A DNA stretch of 64,000 nt from an uncultured delta proteobacterium (GTDB lineage: Bacteria; Myxococcota_A; Polyangia; Polyangiales; JAFGIB01), in contig CAVZVA010000009.1 in the NCBI GenBank assembly GCA_963778655.1, positions 832,001 to 896,000 on the forward strand. The letters run 5' to 3'. Below are positions 29,975 to 40,140 of the stretch, piece by piece. The notes beneath the pieces are model-generated. The model saw only the letters and a program-made list of their open reading frames with translations, was not told the DNA's origin and searched no databases. Numbering within the stretch: position 1 is the stretch's first letter; each line of letters opens with the position of its first letter. The position numbers were made by a program, and so were the translations under genes.

Positions 29975-31570
29975 ATGACAGGGATCGATCTCGGTAGCCG
30001 CGCGAGCGCGGCTCGAGCCGCCGCCGTGCTGTGGCTGGCGCTGTGCGCGGGCGCCTGCTCGGGCAGCGACGGCGGCAGCCAGCAGGCGGGTACCGAAGCG
30101 CCGGCCGGGGCCAAGGCGCCGAGCGGCAAGTGCAGCAAGGGTGAGACAGGCGTGTGCAGCGGCGCCACCTGCAAGAGCGGCGCCCGCCCGATCGCGACTT
30201 GCGGGGCATCCGGCAAGTACGGGCGCTGCCTGTGCCTGGAAGGCGACGCGGGCGAGGCCAACACCGGGGCCGAGTCGAGCGGCACATGGGGCTTGATGGG
30301 CTACGACGCCAAGAACGACTACTGGAACCCCGACGAGACCACGCTCTCGGTCGACAACGCCAAGGACGTGACCGAGAAGTGGCGCTTCACCGTGGCCGGC
30401 TTCCCCACCGGCACGCCGGCGATCGGCGAGGGCAAGGTGTTCGTGACCGCAACCGGCGGCACCTATGCCCTTTCCTTTGCCAGCGGCGAGCAGCGCTGGG
30501 TGCGCGACGACATCGTCGGCAACGCGTCCCCCGCCTATGCGGACGGCGCGGTCTACGTTCACACGGGCGACGCCAATCTGTACAAGTTGGACGCCAAGAG
30601 CGGCGATACGCTATGGGGTCCGATCAGGACCTATGAGCTGGCGAGCTGCGACGGGACCTCCTCGCCCATCCTGGCCGGCGACAAGGTGCTGGTCGGCCAC
30701 TCCTGCGGTGCGGCCGAGGTCACCGGCAACGAGGACCAGGCCGTCGCGCGAGGCGGGGTCGAAGCGTTCAACGCCGAGGACGGCTCGCACCTGTGGACGT
30801 ACTACACGGTCCCCGAGCAGGGCGAGAACGGCGCGATGGTCTGGTCGAGCGTGGCCGTCGACCTCGAGGCCGGCGTGGTGTTCGCGGCCACCGGCAACAA
30901 CTACACCATGGCCGGCGAGCACTCGGACGCTATTCACGCGATCGATCTGGAGACCGGCGAGAGAAAGTGGGTCAAGCAAGTGCGCGAAGGCGACACCTGG
31001 TCGCTCGGCCCCGACTCGAGCGACGCCACCGGTCCCGACGACGACTTCGGCGCCAACCCGATCCTGGCCGAGGTCGATGGCCAGAAGATCGTGGCCGACG
31101 GGGACAAGGGCTCGTCGTTCTGGGCGCTGGACCGCGACACGGGCGAGATCCTGTGGAGCCGCGACGATCTGAGCTCGAAGCGAACCTCCGCAAACGGCGG
31201 CGTGCTCAACAACGGAGGCTTCGACGGAAAGTACTTCTACGTGGTCGCGAACCAGCCGCCCGGCGAGGCGCTGCTGCATGCGCTCGACCCGAGCCAGCAA
31301 GGCGCCGACGCCTGGGACCCGCCCATGATCGAGCAGACGGTGTGGGGAGCGCCGACGATCGCGAACGGCTTGCTGGTGGTTCCGGCGGGCACCGCGCTCA
31401 ACCTCTACGACGCCAGCAACGGCGAGCTGCTCAACAGCTTCGAGACCGGCGGCAGCATCGCTGGCGCGGCGGCGATCGTCGACGGCAAGATCGTGGTCAA
31501 GAGCGGGTTGGAGTACGTCTTCGACTCGACCGCGATGAACAACAACCAGGTCATTTGCTACGGGCTGTGA
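29975..31570 (+). CDS. PQQ-type beta-propeller lipoprotein (polyvinyl-alcohol dehydrogenase-like)
   Basis: Lipobox AGAC; Trp-docking repeats (LDAKSGDTLW, IDLETGERKW, LDRDTGEILW), VWSS, TGNNY, DDFGANPI. Confidence 0.85.
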   Translation: MTGIDLGSRASAARAAAVLWLALCAGACSGSDGGSQQAGTEAPAGAKAPSGKCSKGETGVCSGATCKSGARPIATCGASGKYGRCLCLEGDAGEANTGAESSGTWGLMGYDAKNDYWNPDETTLSVDNAKDVTEKWRFTVAGFPTGTPAIGEGKVFVTATGGTYALSFASGEQRWVRDDIVGNASPAYADGAVYVHTGDANLYKLDAKSGDTLWGPIRTYELASCDGTSSPILAGDKVLVGHSCGAAEVTGNEDQAVARGGVEAFNAEDGSHLWTYYTVPEQGENGAMVWSSVAVDLEAGVVFAATGNNYTMAGEHSDAIHAIDLETGERKWVKQVREGDTWSLGPDSSDATGPDDDFGANPILAEVDGQKIVADGDKGSSFWALDRDTGEILWSRDDLSSKRTSANGGVLNNGGFDGKYFYVVANQPPGEALLHALDPSQQGADAWDPPMIEQTVWGAPTIANGLLVVPAGTALNLYDASNGELLNSFETGGSIAGAAAIVDGKIVVKSGLEYVFDSTAMNNNQVICYGL

Positions 31571-31583
31571 GCGCCCGCCGCGC

Positions 31584-32795
31584 TCACGGACACATGGACT
31601 TGTCTTCGTCCGCGCCGTTGGCGCAGTCGTTGACGCCGTCGCATACCTTGGTCGGCGGTACCGTGGTGCCGTCGCCGCAGGGGAACTGACAGGGGGTCTC
31701 GTCGGAGCCATCCGAGCAGTCGTTCACGCCGTCGCAGAACTTCGCGGTCGGGATCTGCTCGCCGTTGGTGCAGGTGAAATTGCACCCGGCCTCGTCGGTG
31801 CCGTCCGCGCAGACCGCGGTGCCGTCGCATTGCTGATATGGCGAGTACTGCCCCATCCCGTCGGCGCACGGGACGCAGATCATCTCGTCGTAACCGTCGC
31901 TGCAATCCATGGTGCCGTCGCACAGCTTGTCGAGGGGCACGCTGCCGCCGCTTAGACACGGGAACATATCCGCCCCCACCGACGCGTCGCCACAGCCGAG
32001 CTCGTCGGCGCCGTCTTTGCAGTCGGCCTTGCCATCGCATACCGCGCTCACCGGCACCTGGCTTCCATCCCCGCAGGGGATCTCGAGGACGCCGGCATCA
32101 CTAAAGCCGAAGGCGGCGTCGCCCAAGCCCTGCAGCCCGCCGTCCTCCGGCACGGCCCCGTCGCTCGGCCCGCTCACGCTGTCGTTCCCATCGGTCTTGC
32201 CGCCGTCGCCCGCATCGCTGCCCGCGCCGGAGGCGCCGCTGCCGGCGCTGCCCTTGCCCTTGGCGCAGCGCGCCGCGTCGCCCTTCTTCGTGCAGTCGAG
32301 CTCTAGATCCTGCGTGGCGTGCATGGAAACCGTGCCGTCCTTGAGCGAGAGCGCTTCCTGCAACGCCAGGTTGAACTTGCGGTTGCACAGATCCTTGCAG
32401 GCGTCGCCGGCGATGCCCGCCTGGAAGGCGAGCTGCGCGGGACCGCTGTCGCTCGAGCTGACCGGCACCTCGAGGTGGTCGGTCGCGCCGTCGAATTGCA
32501 TCAGCACGGCCTTGCCCGGGTTCTGATCCTGGTCGGGATTGTCGACGCTGAGCGAGAGCAGGACCGAGGAACCGGGCGCGAACGCGGCGATGCTGCTCGC
32601 CTTCAACGTGACGCGCTCGTTCGACGCTTTCGGCAGGTCTCCATGGCCCACCTTGGATCCTGCAATCGTGACCGAGCGCATCAGCGCCTGGCCCGCGGCC
32701 GCCGCGGAGTCTCCGTCTGCACCCAGCGTGGTTCGACCGCTGCTCGTGCAGGCGGTGGCGCCGAGCAGCGCCAGGATCAACGACTTGGTCTTCAT
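31584..32795 (-). CDS. Lipoprotein with five C-terminal LDL-receptor class A-like repeats
   Basis: Lipobox ATAC; five CxxG..xP....CDGxxDCxDGxDE..C-type units. Confidence 0.85.
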   Translation of the reverse strand: MKTKSLILALLGATACTSSGRTTLGADGDSAAAAGQALMRSVTIAGSKVGHGDLPKASNERVTLKASSIAAFAPGSSVLLSLSVDNPDQDQNPGKAVLMQFDGATDHLEVPVSSSDSGPAQLAFQAGIAGDACKDLCNRKFNLALQEALSLKDGTVSMHATQDLELDCTKKGDAARCAKGKGSAGSGASGAGSDAGDGGKTDGNDSVSGPSDGAVPEDGGLQGLGDAAFGFSDAGVLEIPCGDGSQVPVSAVCDGKADCKDGADELGCGDASVGADMFPCLSGGSVPLDKLCDGTMDCSDGYDEMICVPCADGMGQYSPYQQCDGTAVCADGTDEAGCNFTCTNGEQIPTAKFCDGVNDCSDGSDETPCQFPCGDGTTVPPTKVCDGVNDCANGADEDKSMCP

Positions 32796-32877
32796 GCCTG
32801 TACACCTCGGCGCTGGATGCGCGCGACTGAAGGGCCTCGCGATCAGCGCTGACTGCGCTCGTTAAATACCAAATGCG

Positions 32878-32923
32878 CGGCCAAAAGGGGCGGCATCCGG
32901 CCTCGGACGCCGCCCTTTGGCCG
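32878..32923. terminator. GC-rich stem-loop between two minus-strand lipoprotein genes
   Basis: cggccaaa-ag-gggcggc...gccgccc-tttggccg inverted repeat; no clean U-tract. Confidence 0.4.
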
Positions 32924-32973
32924 GTCTGCGCGCGAAGCCCGAAGCAAAGGGCCCGAAGGATCTCGACCCCGCG

Positions 32974-34047
32974 CTACGGATACTCGCAGTACCCGGTGGC
33001 CATGACGCCGCCGCCCACGCAGGTCATCGTGTCGGGGCAGCCGGCGGCGCCGGCGTCCATGCCCGCCGTGCAAGGCAGCGCGCAGGCCTGCGCGCCGCGC
33101 CCGCCGCTGGGGAGGCAGGCAGGCGTGATGCTGCCGCTGCTCGGGGCCGCCGTGCACTCCGCGTCCATCGTGCAGCTCTTGGCGCAGTGCCCGGTCCCGC
33201 TCTTGCTCAACGCCGTGCCCGCACAGGTCAGGCCCATCGCGCAATCGGCGGTGCGCATGCACTGATCCCATTCCACGGCCGTTCCCGCCATCGGCGCGCC
33301 CGCATCGGGCGTCTCGTACTTGCAGCGGTAGGTGCCCATGCCCATGCCCATGCCCATGCCGCCGCCGCCTGGCCCGAATCCGCCGCCGAATCCACCTGCG
33401 AGCTGACAGCTCATGCCGGACGGGCAGGTGGTGGTGTCCATCGCGCCCATGCACGCGATCGCGCACACGCCGTTGACGCAAGTGTAGGTCGCGCCGCTGG
33501 GCGCCAGCCCCGCGCAATCCATGTCCACCATGCAGATCTGGCTGCAGAACCCCTGACCCGGCGGGTTCGGCGAATAGCACGCGAAGCCCTTGTTGCAGTC
33601 GCCTTGCGCATGCGTGCAGACCGAAAGCTGGTTGCCGTCCGTGGGCAGCGTGCTTCCACCGCCGCCGCTGCTGCTGCCCGCGTCGGTGGCGCTGCCGCCT
33701 GCACCACCTCCGCTGCCGCCTGCGCCGCTTCCGCTGTCGCTTCCGCCGCTTCCGCCTGTCGCGCCGCTGCCTCCGGCGTCGCTTGCGCCGCTTGCGCCGC
33801 TGCCACCGCCGCTGCCGCTGTCACTGCCGGTGGCGGTGCCACCGTCGCCGCAGTCGCACGCGCTCAGCGTCATGTCGGCCTTGCAGACTTGGGTCCCGAG
33901 CTCAGTGCCGCAGGTGCAGGCGAGCACCTTCCCCGTCGCCGCCCCTGCGGGGCAAGCCTCGCCCTGCTTCTTGCTGCTACCGCAGCCGGCCGCGAGCATC
34001 AACAGCGAGAACAAACCGGGGACGATCCATCGCGTTCGCGTTCCCAT
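32974..34047 (-). CDS. Cys-rich lipoprotein with a Gly/Ser linker
   Basis: Lipobox AAGC; six-Cys N-terminal module; C..C..D.DC repeats; GMGMGMGMG tract. Confidence 0.8.
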   Translation of the reverse strand: MGTRTRWIVPGLFSLLMLAAGCGSSKKQGEACPAGAATGKVLACTCGTELGTQVCKADMTLSACDCGDGGTATGSDSGSGGGSGASGASDAGGSGATGGSGGSDSGSGAGGSGGGAGGSATDAGSSSGGGGSTLPTDGNQLSVCTHAQGDCNKGFACYSPNPPGQGFCSQICMVDMDCAGLAPSGATYTCVNGVCAIACMGAMDTTTCPSGMSCQLAGGFGGGFGPGGGGMGMGMGMGTYRCKYETPDAGAPMAGTAVEWDQCMRTADCAMGLTCAGTALSKSGTGHCAKSCTMDAECTAAPSSGSITPACLPSGGRGAQACALPCTAGMDAGAAGCPDTMTCVGGGVMATGYCEYP

Positions 34048-34225
34048 GCGTGCGTTACCTCCAGCGCTTGGCGGGTCCTGCCTTAGACTGATAGTTCCCC
34101 GAGCCAGGAATTCGGCTCCCTCATCCGAGGCGACGCCGCCTTCGCACCGCGAAAGCTACATGTAGGCAGGGTGGGATCCGGTGCGGCGCCAGCGGGGCAT
34201 CCCAAAACATTGCTAGGTGTTGCGA

Positions 34226-34636
34226 TCAGGTTCCGGGACCGGGAAGGCAGGCGCACTGCAGCGGGTCCCAGGTGCCGTTGGCCAGACAAGTCGTGGTCGC
34301 CACCCAGCCTTCTCCCGGGCACGCGCTCAGACCTTGCGCGCACGGATCGCTGGGGGAGTACGGCACGCTGCGATCGCCCGGCGTACATACCGCCGCTGCG
34401 TCCGTGCTCGCATCGGCCGGCCCGCCGCCCGAACCTGCATCGGGCACGACCGAGCCCCCGTCGTAGGGCGAGGAACCGTTCACCGAGAAGGGCGCGCCGC
34501 CGGTAGGCGCCGCCGCAGCGCGGCTGCGCTCGGTGCGACCGCAGCCACTCGGCGTGATCGCCAGCGCCAGCGCAGCGCCCAACGAGAGGGTGCGCAGCGG
34601 GGTCGCGCGCGAGCTCGCCATCATGGCGCTTGCCAT
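34226..34636 (-). CDS. Small Cys-rich lipoprotein
   Basis: Hydrophobic signal ending PSGC; DAG-rich linker; six-Cys C-terminal module. Confidence 0.65.
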   Translation of the reverse strand: MASAMMASSRATPLRTLSLGAALALAITPSGCGRTERSRAAAAPTGGAPFSVNGSSPYDGGSVVPDAGSGGGPADASTDAAAVCTPGDRSVPYSPSDPCAQGLSACPGEGWVATTTCLANGTWDPLQCACLPGPGT

Positions 34637-34761
34637 AGCGCTTGTGCGCCGCCGTTTCCAGTCGGTGGCGCGCCGCACGCGCACGGCGCGGGCCCGGGGT
34701 CCGAGCCCGCCCCGCCGCGAGCGGCGAGCTCGCTGGACGTGCCGTGCTGAGGGTTCGCGGC

Positions 34762-35442
34762 TCAGCCCCCGGCTGCGCCGCCCGATCCGCTCGCGCCGCC
34801 CGATCCGCTCGCGCCGCCCGATCCGCTCGCGCCGCCCGATCCGCTGGCACCGCCCGATCCGCTGGCACCGCCCGATCCGCTCGCACCGCCCGATCCACTC
34901 GCACCGCCCGATCCACTCGCACCGCCGGACCCACCGGTTCCACCCGTGCCCATCATGCCGCCGGTGCCCATCCTCATACCGCGCCGTCCACCGGTCCCGC
35001 CGCCGAACATACCCATGCCGCCGGTCCCGCCGCCGAGGCCCATGCAAATTTGCGGATTCATCTGGCAGAACGCCTGGAAGCCACCACCCGCGCCGCCAGT
35101 GCCGAACAAGCCGCCGAGGCCGCCTGTGCCAAGTCCGCCCCCGGGACCCGCGCCGCCGGTACCAGCCGCCATGCCGCCCGTACCCGTACCCGTGCCCGTG
35201 CCCACGCCGGTAGAGCCGACCGATCCGCCGGTACCGGTGGGCGCGCCCGAGCAGGTGCAGACACCCAGCACGCTTCCGTCGGCGGAGCACGTCTGCGTGC
35301 CGAACTGGCCGTCGGCGCACGTGCATGCGTAGGGCTGGTTCGCCTGGCAGCCCTCGCCGCTAGCGTTCTTGCTGCTGCTGCACCCAAGCGCCAAGACGCC
35401 GAGCCCCACCGCAATAATTGAGTAGATAACCGCGCTTCGCAT
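34762..35442 (-). CDS. Gly-rich lipoprotein with a six-Cys module and SGGASG repeat tail
   Basis: MRSAVIYSIIAVGLGVLALGC lipobox; CQANQPYACTC...CTC. Confidence 0.8.
   Translation of the reverse strand: MRSAVIYSIIAVGLGVLALGCSSSKNASGEGCQANQPYACTCADGQFGTQTCSADGSVLGVCTCSGAPTGTGGSVGSTGVGTGTGTGTGGMAAGTGGAGPGGGLGTGGLGGLFGTGGAGGGFQAFCQMNPQICMGLGGGTGGMGMFGGGTGGRRGMRMGTGGMMGTGGTGGSGGASGSGGASGSGGASGSGGASGSGGASGSGGASGSGGASGSGGASGSGGAAGG
34778..34921. repeat. 8 x 18-bp tandem repeat (ccgcccgatcc[ga]ct[cg]gc[ga]) encoding SGGASG
   Basis: Counted directly from the sequence. Confidence 0.95.
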
Positions 35443-35605
35443 CGGATTCACCGTCCCTGGTTTCGGGTCCACCGCCCAGCACCCAGCGCGCCGCCGACGC
35501 CGGCGGTCGTGCTCTTCCGCGTATGAGTGTGCGCAGGTGACCAATGTGGTCGGGACTAAAGTTCCCACCCGGCCACCGGGAGGTTCACCCCCTGTAGATG
35601 CCCAG

Positions 35606-37519
35606 CTATCGTTGGGGGGGTCGACCCTTGGCCGGCATGCCGCCGGTGACCGCGGAGTCCCTGCGGGCCCAGACCACGGCCGGGCGCGGCGCCAGCGAGT
35701 CGAAGTGTTGCTCCGAAGGATCCTCGCCCAGCGCTGCGCGCGCGTGCGCGCGCATCACGTCGCTCATCGCGAGGATGCCGACCAGGGTTGCGCCCCCGCC
35801 CGGCGCGGTCACCGCCATCTGCCTGGCGCCGAGCTGGCCCATGCGCGCGACGGCGTCGACCAGCGCTTGGTCGGCGCGCAGGGGCTCCTCCTCGCGCGCC
35901 TGCGTGCGCACTGGCTCCTCGCCGTGCCCTTCGGCCATGCAGCGCCGCAGCCGCGCCTCGCTGACCAAGCCCAGCAGCTGGCGGCTGCGGTCCACCACCG
36001 GATAGATCGAGAACTTGTGGTCCTTGATGTGCTCCACGGCTTGCCCGATCGAGAGCTCGGCCGGGAGCGTGACGAGCTCAGTAGTCATCGCTTCGCGCAC
36101 GTGAAACGACGAGAGCGTGGAGGCGGCGCGCTGGGTCTGAGGCAGGTGGTAGCCGTCTTGCTCGAGCAAGGCTTCGTAGATCGGCACCGGTTGCCAGCGC
36201 CGGGCCAGCACGTATGCGACCGAGTTGGCGATCATCAAAGGCAGGACCAGCCCGTAGCCGCCCGTCATCTCGAAGATGATCAGCACCGAGGTGATCGGCG
36301 CGCGAATCACCGCCGCGAAAAAGGCTCCCATGCCGACCAGCGCGAAGCCGCCAATGTTGGTATCGGGATGCGAGAGCAGAGCGCGGTCGAGCAGGCCGAA
36401 GCTGCCGCCGATCATGCCGCCGATGAACAACACCGGGGCGAAGATGCCGCCCGACCCTCCGCTGGCGTAGCAGAGCACGGTGGCTGCCAGCTTCGTCACC
36501 GCCAGCACCAGCATGATCTTCAGCGTGAGGTTGCCGGTCAGCGCCTGCCCGAGCGTGGCGTAACCGTCGCCGGTCACTCCGCGCGTGCCGAACACGCCGA
36601 TGGCCAGCACTGCGAGCAGCCCGGTGGCGAGCCCGCCGAGCCCGGGCCGCGCCCAGGCGCCCGGCCACTTCCAGCGCGCGAACCAGCCGCGGATGCCGAG
36701 CATGCCCTCGTAGTACACGTGCGACATGGCCGCGCCCGCCACGCCAATCGCCGCGTAGATCAGCAATGAGGAAGCGTGGTCGAGGCCGTAGCCGCCGGGC
36801 ACGTCGAACACCGGGTGCTCGCCCAGCACGCTGCGCTCGATCACGGCGGCGAGCGCCGCGGCCACGACCACGCCCGAGAGCAGCGTTTGGTCGAGGTCGC
36901 CGATGATTTCCTCGATGGTAAAGGTTACCGCGGCGATGGGAGCGTTGAATGCGGCCGCGATGCCCGCCGCCGATCCGACCGGGATCAGGCGTCGCATGTT
37001 GTGTGGGGCGATGGCGAACAGTCTGCCGAGCGCGCTGGCCAACCCGGCGCAAATCTGCACCGTCGGCCCCTCGCGTCCGAGCGCCGAGCCGCTGCCGATC
37101 TGTAATATGGCGATCAAGAACTTCCCGCCCGCGTCGCGCAGCCGCAGTCGCCCGCTCTTGACCGCGTAGATCAACTTGACCTGCGGGATGCCGCTGCCGC
37201 GCGCCTGCGGCACGTAGTGCAGCAGCACCCCACTCGCCAGGGCACCCAGCGTCGGAGTGGCGATGGTCCAAAAGATCCAGCTATGTCCCGGCGCGCTCAG
37301 CGCGGGATCGATCATCAAGAGCTCGGCGCCATGAATCGCGCTGTGGAACGCGACCGCGGCCAGACCACAGACACCACCGATGACGATGGTGAGCGCAAAG
37401 AGACGATGCCGCTCGGCCGGAGCAAGCTTGAGGAACGCACGCAGGGCGTAGGCGCTCGCCGTGTGCCATGTCCGGGCCATTACCTCGCGCGCCGTCCTGG
37501 CTGGCGGTTCGGAGCCCAT
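35606..37519 (-). CDS. ClC family H+/Cl- exchange transporter with CBS pair
   Basis: GSGIP, GREGP, FNAP, FTIEE, GGIFAP, PIYE; C-terminal CBS domains. Confidence 0.95.
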   Translation of the reverse strand: MGSEPPARTAREVMARTWHTASAYALRAFLKLAPAERHRLFALTIVIGGVCGLAAVAFHSAIHGAELLMIDPALSAPGHSWIFWTIATPTLGALASGVLLHYVPQARGSGIPQVKLIYAVKSGRLRLRDAGGKFLIAILQIGSGSALGREGPTVQICAGLASALGRLFAIAPHNMRRLIPVGSAAGIAAAFNAPIAAVTFTIEEIIGDLDQTLLSGVVVAAALAAVIERSVLGEHPVFDVPGGYGLDHASSLLIYAAIGVAGAAMSHVYYEGMLGIRGWFARWKWPGAWARPGLGGLATGLLAVLAIGVFGTRGVTGDGYATLGQALTGNLTLKIMLVLAVTKLAATVLCYASGGSGGIFAPVLFIGGMIGGSFGLLDRALLSHPDTNIGGFALVGMGAFFAAVIRAPITSVLIIFEMTGGYGLVLPLMIANSVAYVLARRWQPVPIYEALLEQDGYHLPQTQRAASTLSSFHVREAMTTELVTLPAELSIGQAVEHIKDHKFSIYPVVDRSRQLLGLVSEARLRRCMAEGHGEEPVRTQAREEEPLRADQALVDAVARMGQLGARQMAVTAPGGGATLVGILAMSDVMRAHARAALGEDPSEQHFDSLAPRPAVVWARRDSAVTGGMPAKGRPPQR

Positions 37520-37670
37520 GAGCTACGGCTCCGCTATAGCGCGATCTCGTCGCCCGTACCACCGCGGAATTGCGACGCGGGCGCGTCGTTCTGAAAGCCG
37601 TCTTCCGCCGGTCTCGGTGCTTCTAGGCGGATGTCGGACAGCTGCCCTTGCCACGGATACCGTGGGCGAG

Positions 37671-38450
37671 TCAAGCACCCTTGCCGTAGCGTTTTGCGAT
37701 GCCCTCGAAGGCCGCCATCAAGTCGATGGGCAGCGGGAACACGATGGTGGTGTTCTTCTCCACGCCGATTTCCACCAGGGTCTGCAGGTAGCGCAATTGC
37801 AGGGCAGCCGAGGTCTGCTCCAGGATCTGCGCCGCCTCGTGCAGCTTCTGGGAGGCCTGGTGCTCGCCTTCGGCCGCGATGATCTTGGCGCGCCGCTCGC
37901 GCTCGGCCTCTGCTTGCTTGGCCATCGCGCGCCGCATCTCCTCCGGCAACTCGATGTCCTTGATCTCCACCCCCGACACCTTCACTCCCCAGGCGTCGGT
38001 GGCTTCGTCGATGATGCGCTGCAGCGAGTGCCCGATTTTCTCCCGCTCGGCCAGAATCTCGTCGAGCTCGTGTTGGCCCAGGATGTTCCGTAGCGAGGTC
38101 TGCGCATAGAGCGAGGTCGCGGTGTAGTGGTTCGCGATCTTGATCACCGCGTCGACCGGGTTCATGACGTTGAAGTAGATGACGGCGTTGACCTTGATGG
38201 TGACGTTGTCTTTGGTGATGACTTCCTGAGGCGGCACGTCCAGGGTGATCGTGCGCAGGTCGACCTTCTGCATACGGTCGATCATCGGCAGCAGCAGCCG
38301 CAAGCCGGGCCCCTTCAGGTTCGCCGGGTCGACCCGTCCCAGACGAAACACCACGCCCCGTTCGTATTCCTTGACGACGCGCAGCGACGTCAACACCAGG
38401 AAAGCGAAGAAGAAGAAGAAAACCGAGCCCAGCATTCCCAAGGCCTCCAT
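37671..38450 (-). CDS. SPFH/stomatin-like (slipin) protein
   Basis: [50 protein letters not shown]. Confidence 0.95.
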   Translation of the reverse strand: MEALGMLGSVFFFFFAFLVLTSLRVVKEYERGVVFRLGRVDPANLKGPGLRLLLPMIDRMQKVDLRTITLDVPPQEVITKDNVTIKVNAVIYFNVMNPVDAVIKIANHYTATSLYAQTSLRNILGQHELDEILAEREKIGHSLQRIIDEATDAWGVKVSGVEIKDIELPEEMRRAMAKQAEAERERRAKIIAAEGEHQASQKLHEAAQILEQTSAALQLRYLQTLVEIGVEKNTTIVFPLPIDLMAAFEGIAKRYGKGA

Positions 38451-38612
38451 CGACCTGTCTCCCCGTTGGTTTCCTGTTGGTCGCCGTCGCGGCGGTCCTG
38501 TGCTTCCAGATCGAGGAGACTCACAGGAAGACGGGAAGACGGGAAGGGCTTTTTTCTACTTCCTCTCGTTTCGCTATCGTCGAGCCCCCGTGCCCTCGGA
38601 GCGAAGACCGGG

Positions 38613-39980
38613 CTAACCCCGAGGCCGCGGCTTGACCTTGAGGCGCATGGGATGATGCAGGACCTGCTCTACCTCGACTTCCGCGCCTTCGGCGATCTCC
38701 ACCTCGGAAACCGCCGACCAGCGCGCGCCGTCGACCATCACGTCTCCCGAGCATCGCTCCGCGCGGTGGCGGAACGCGGTCTTGGCGATGCCGGTTGCCC
38801 CGCGCAGCGCTTCGACCCCGCTCTGCGGCGGAGCCCGCAGGGTCCGGCGCGCAACCGCTGCCAGCGCGAGGCAAGCCACGACCACGGCCGCGTCGATCGG
38901 TGCAAAGATCAGCCAGCGCACCTGCTGCGCCGCGCCGAAGTAGCTGCGCTCGTCGACCAGCACAAGTGCGCCCAGCAGCATCGCAGCCGCGCCGCCGACG
39001 CCGAGCAAGCCGTGCGCGGGCGTCTTCACCTCGAGCGCGATCGACAATACACCCGCGGTCATCAGCAGCACGCCCGCCAAGCGCAACGGCAATACGGACA
39101 TGCCCAGCAGCCCGAGCAGCAGCGCGCTGACGCCGACGATGCCGCCGAGCCCGATGCCCGGGGCCGAAAGCTCGTAGATGATGCCGAGCACCCCGATCGT
39201 GAGCAGGATCGAGGCCACTGTGGGATCGGCCATGCCATCGAGAAGACGCTCGCTCGGCGTGAGCGGTCGCTCGACAAGTTGCACGTTGCGGGTGTGTAGA
39301 ACGGCTTTGCGATCGGTGAAATCGAGGACGCGTCCGTCGAGCCTGGCGAACAGCTGCGCGCGGCTTCCCACCACCAGCTCCACCAGGTCCGCCGTGGCGG
39401 CCTCGCTCGCGGTGTAGCTGGTGGAGCTGCGGACCATCTCTTCGGCTGCGCTGGCCGAGCGGCCGCGGCGCGACGCCAGCGATTTCGCCAGCGAGGCGAG
39501 GCTGTTGGTCGCCTTCTGCTCGAGCGCGCCCTTGAGCGGCTCGCCCGCGCCCACCGGGTGCGCGGCGCCCATGCGCGTGTCGGAGAGCATTGCGGCAACG
39601 TCGCTGGCGAGCAAGATCAGCGCGCCCGCCGAGGTGGCCTGCGCGGCGCGCGGCTCGACCAGCGCGACCACCGGTACGCGTGAGGCGGTGATGGCTTCGA
39701 CGATGTCTTGCATCGAGCTGACCAGGCCGCCGGGCGTGTCGATCGAGAGCAGCACGAGGGATACACCTTCTGCGCGCGTGCCTGCCAGCGCCCGCGCAAT
39801 GTAGCGTGACTTGATCGGGTTGATCACTCCGGTCAGCCGCAAGTGCAGCACGCGCGTCGGCGCGGCGCTGCTCTCGCCGGGCGTTGCGAGCAAACAAGTC
39901 GCCGCGATCGCAGCCGCCGCGGTGTTGCGGAGCGTGCCATGACGCGCAACTGCGGGCCTCAACCGTGCCACCACGCCCAT
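38613..39980 (-). CDS. nfeD: Long-form NfeD membrane-bound serine protease
   Basis: IDTPGG, ATSAG, MGAAHP, KATN, TM block, C-terminal OB fold; upstream of the SPFH gene; start uncertain. Confidence 0.9.
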   Translation of the reverse strand: MGVVARLRPAVARHGTLRNTAAAAIAATCLLATPGESSAAPTRVLHLRLTGVINPIKSRYIARALAGTRAEGVSLVLLSIDTPGGLVSSMQDIVEAITASRVPVVALVEPRAAQATSAGALILLASDVAAMLSDTRMGAAHPVGAGEPLKGALEQKATNSLASLAKSLASRRGRSASAAEEMVRSSTSYTASEAATADLVELVVGSRAQLFARLDGRVLDFTDRKAVLHTRNVQLVERPLTPSERLLDGMADPTVASILLTIGVLGIIYELSAPGIGLGGIVGVSALLLGLLGMSVLPLRLAGVLLMTAGVLSIALEVKTPAHGLLGVGGAAAMLLGALVLVDERSYFGAAQQVRWLIFAPIDAAVVVACLALAAVARRTLRAPPQSGVEALRGATGIAKTAFRHRAERCSGDVMVDGARWSAVSEVEIAEGAEVEVEQVLHHPMRLKVKPRPRG

Positions 39981-40140
39981 GACCCCCGATCTTACCCGGA
40001 CCATACCCCGAAGCCATCGCTGAAGGACTTGTCTTCTATGGTTGGCGGTGCCATGTGCGTGTGACATACTGGCGACCCAACTGTGTCGGGGGGCCCGCAG
40101 TCCTTTCGAACCCTTCATTCCCCAAGTTGCGAAGGAAACC

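Noticed and set aside
34778..34921. CRISPR array
   Set aside because: Contiguous 18-bp units without spacers, in frame within a CDS; no cas genes
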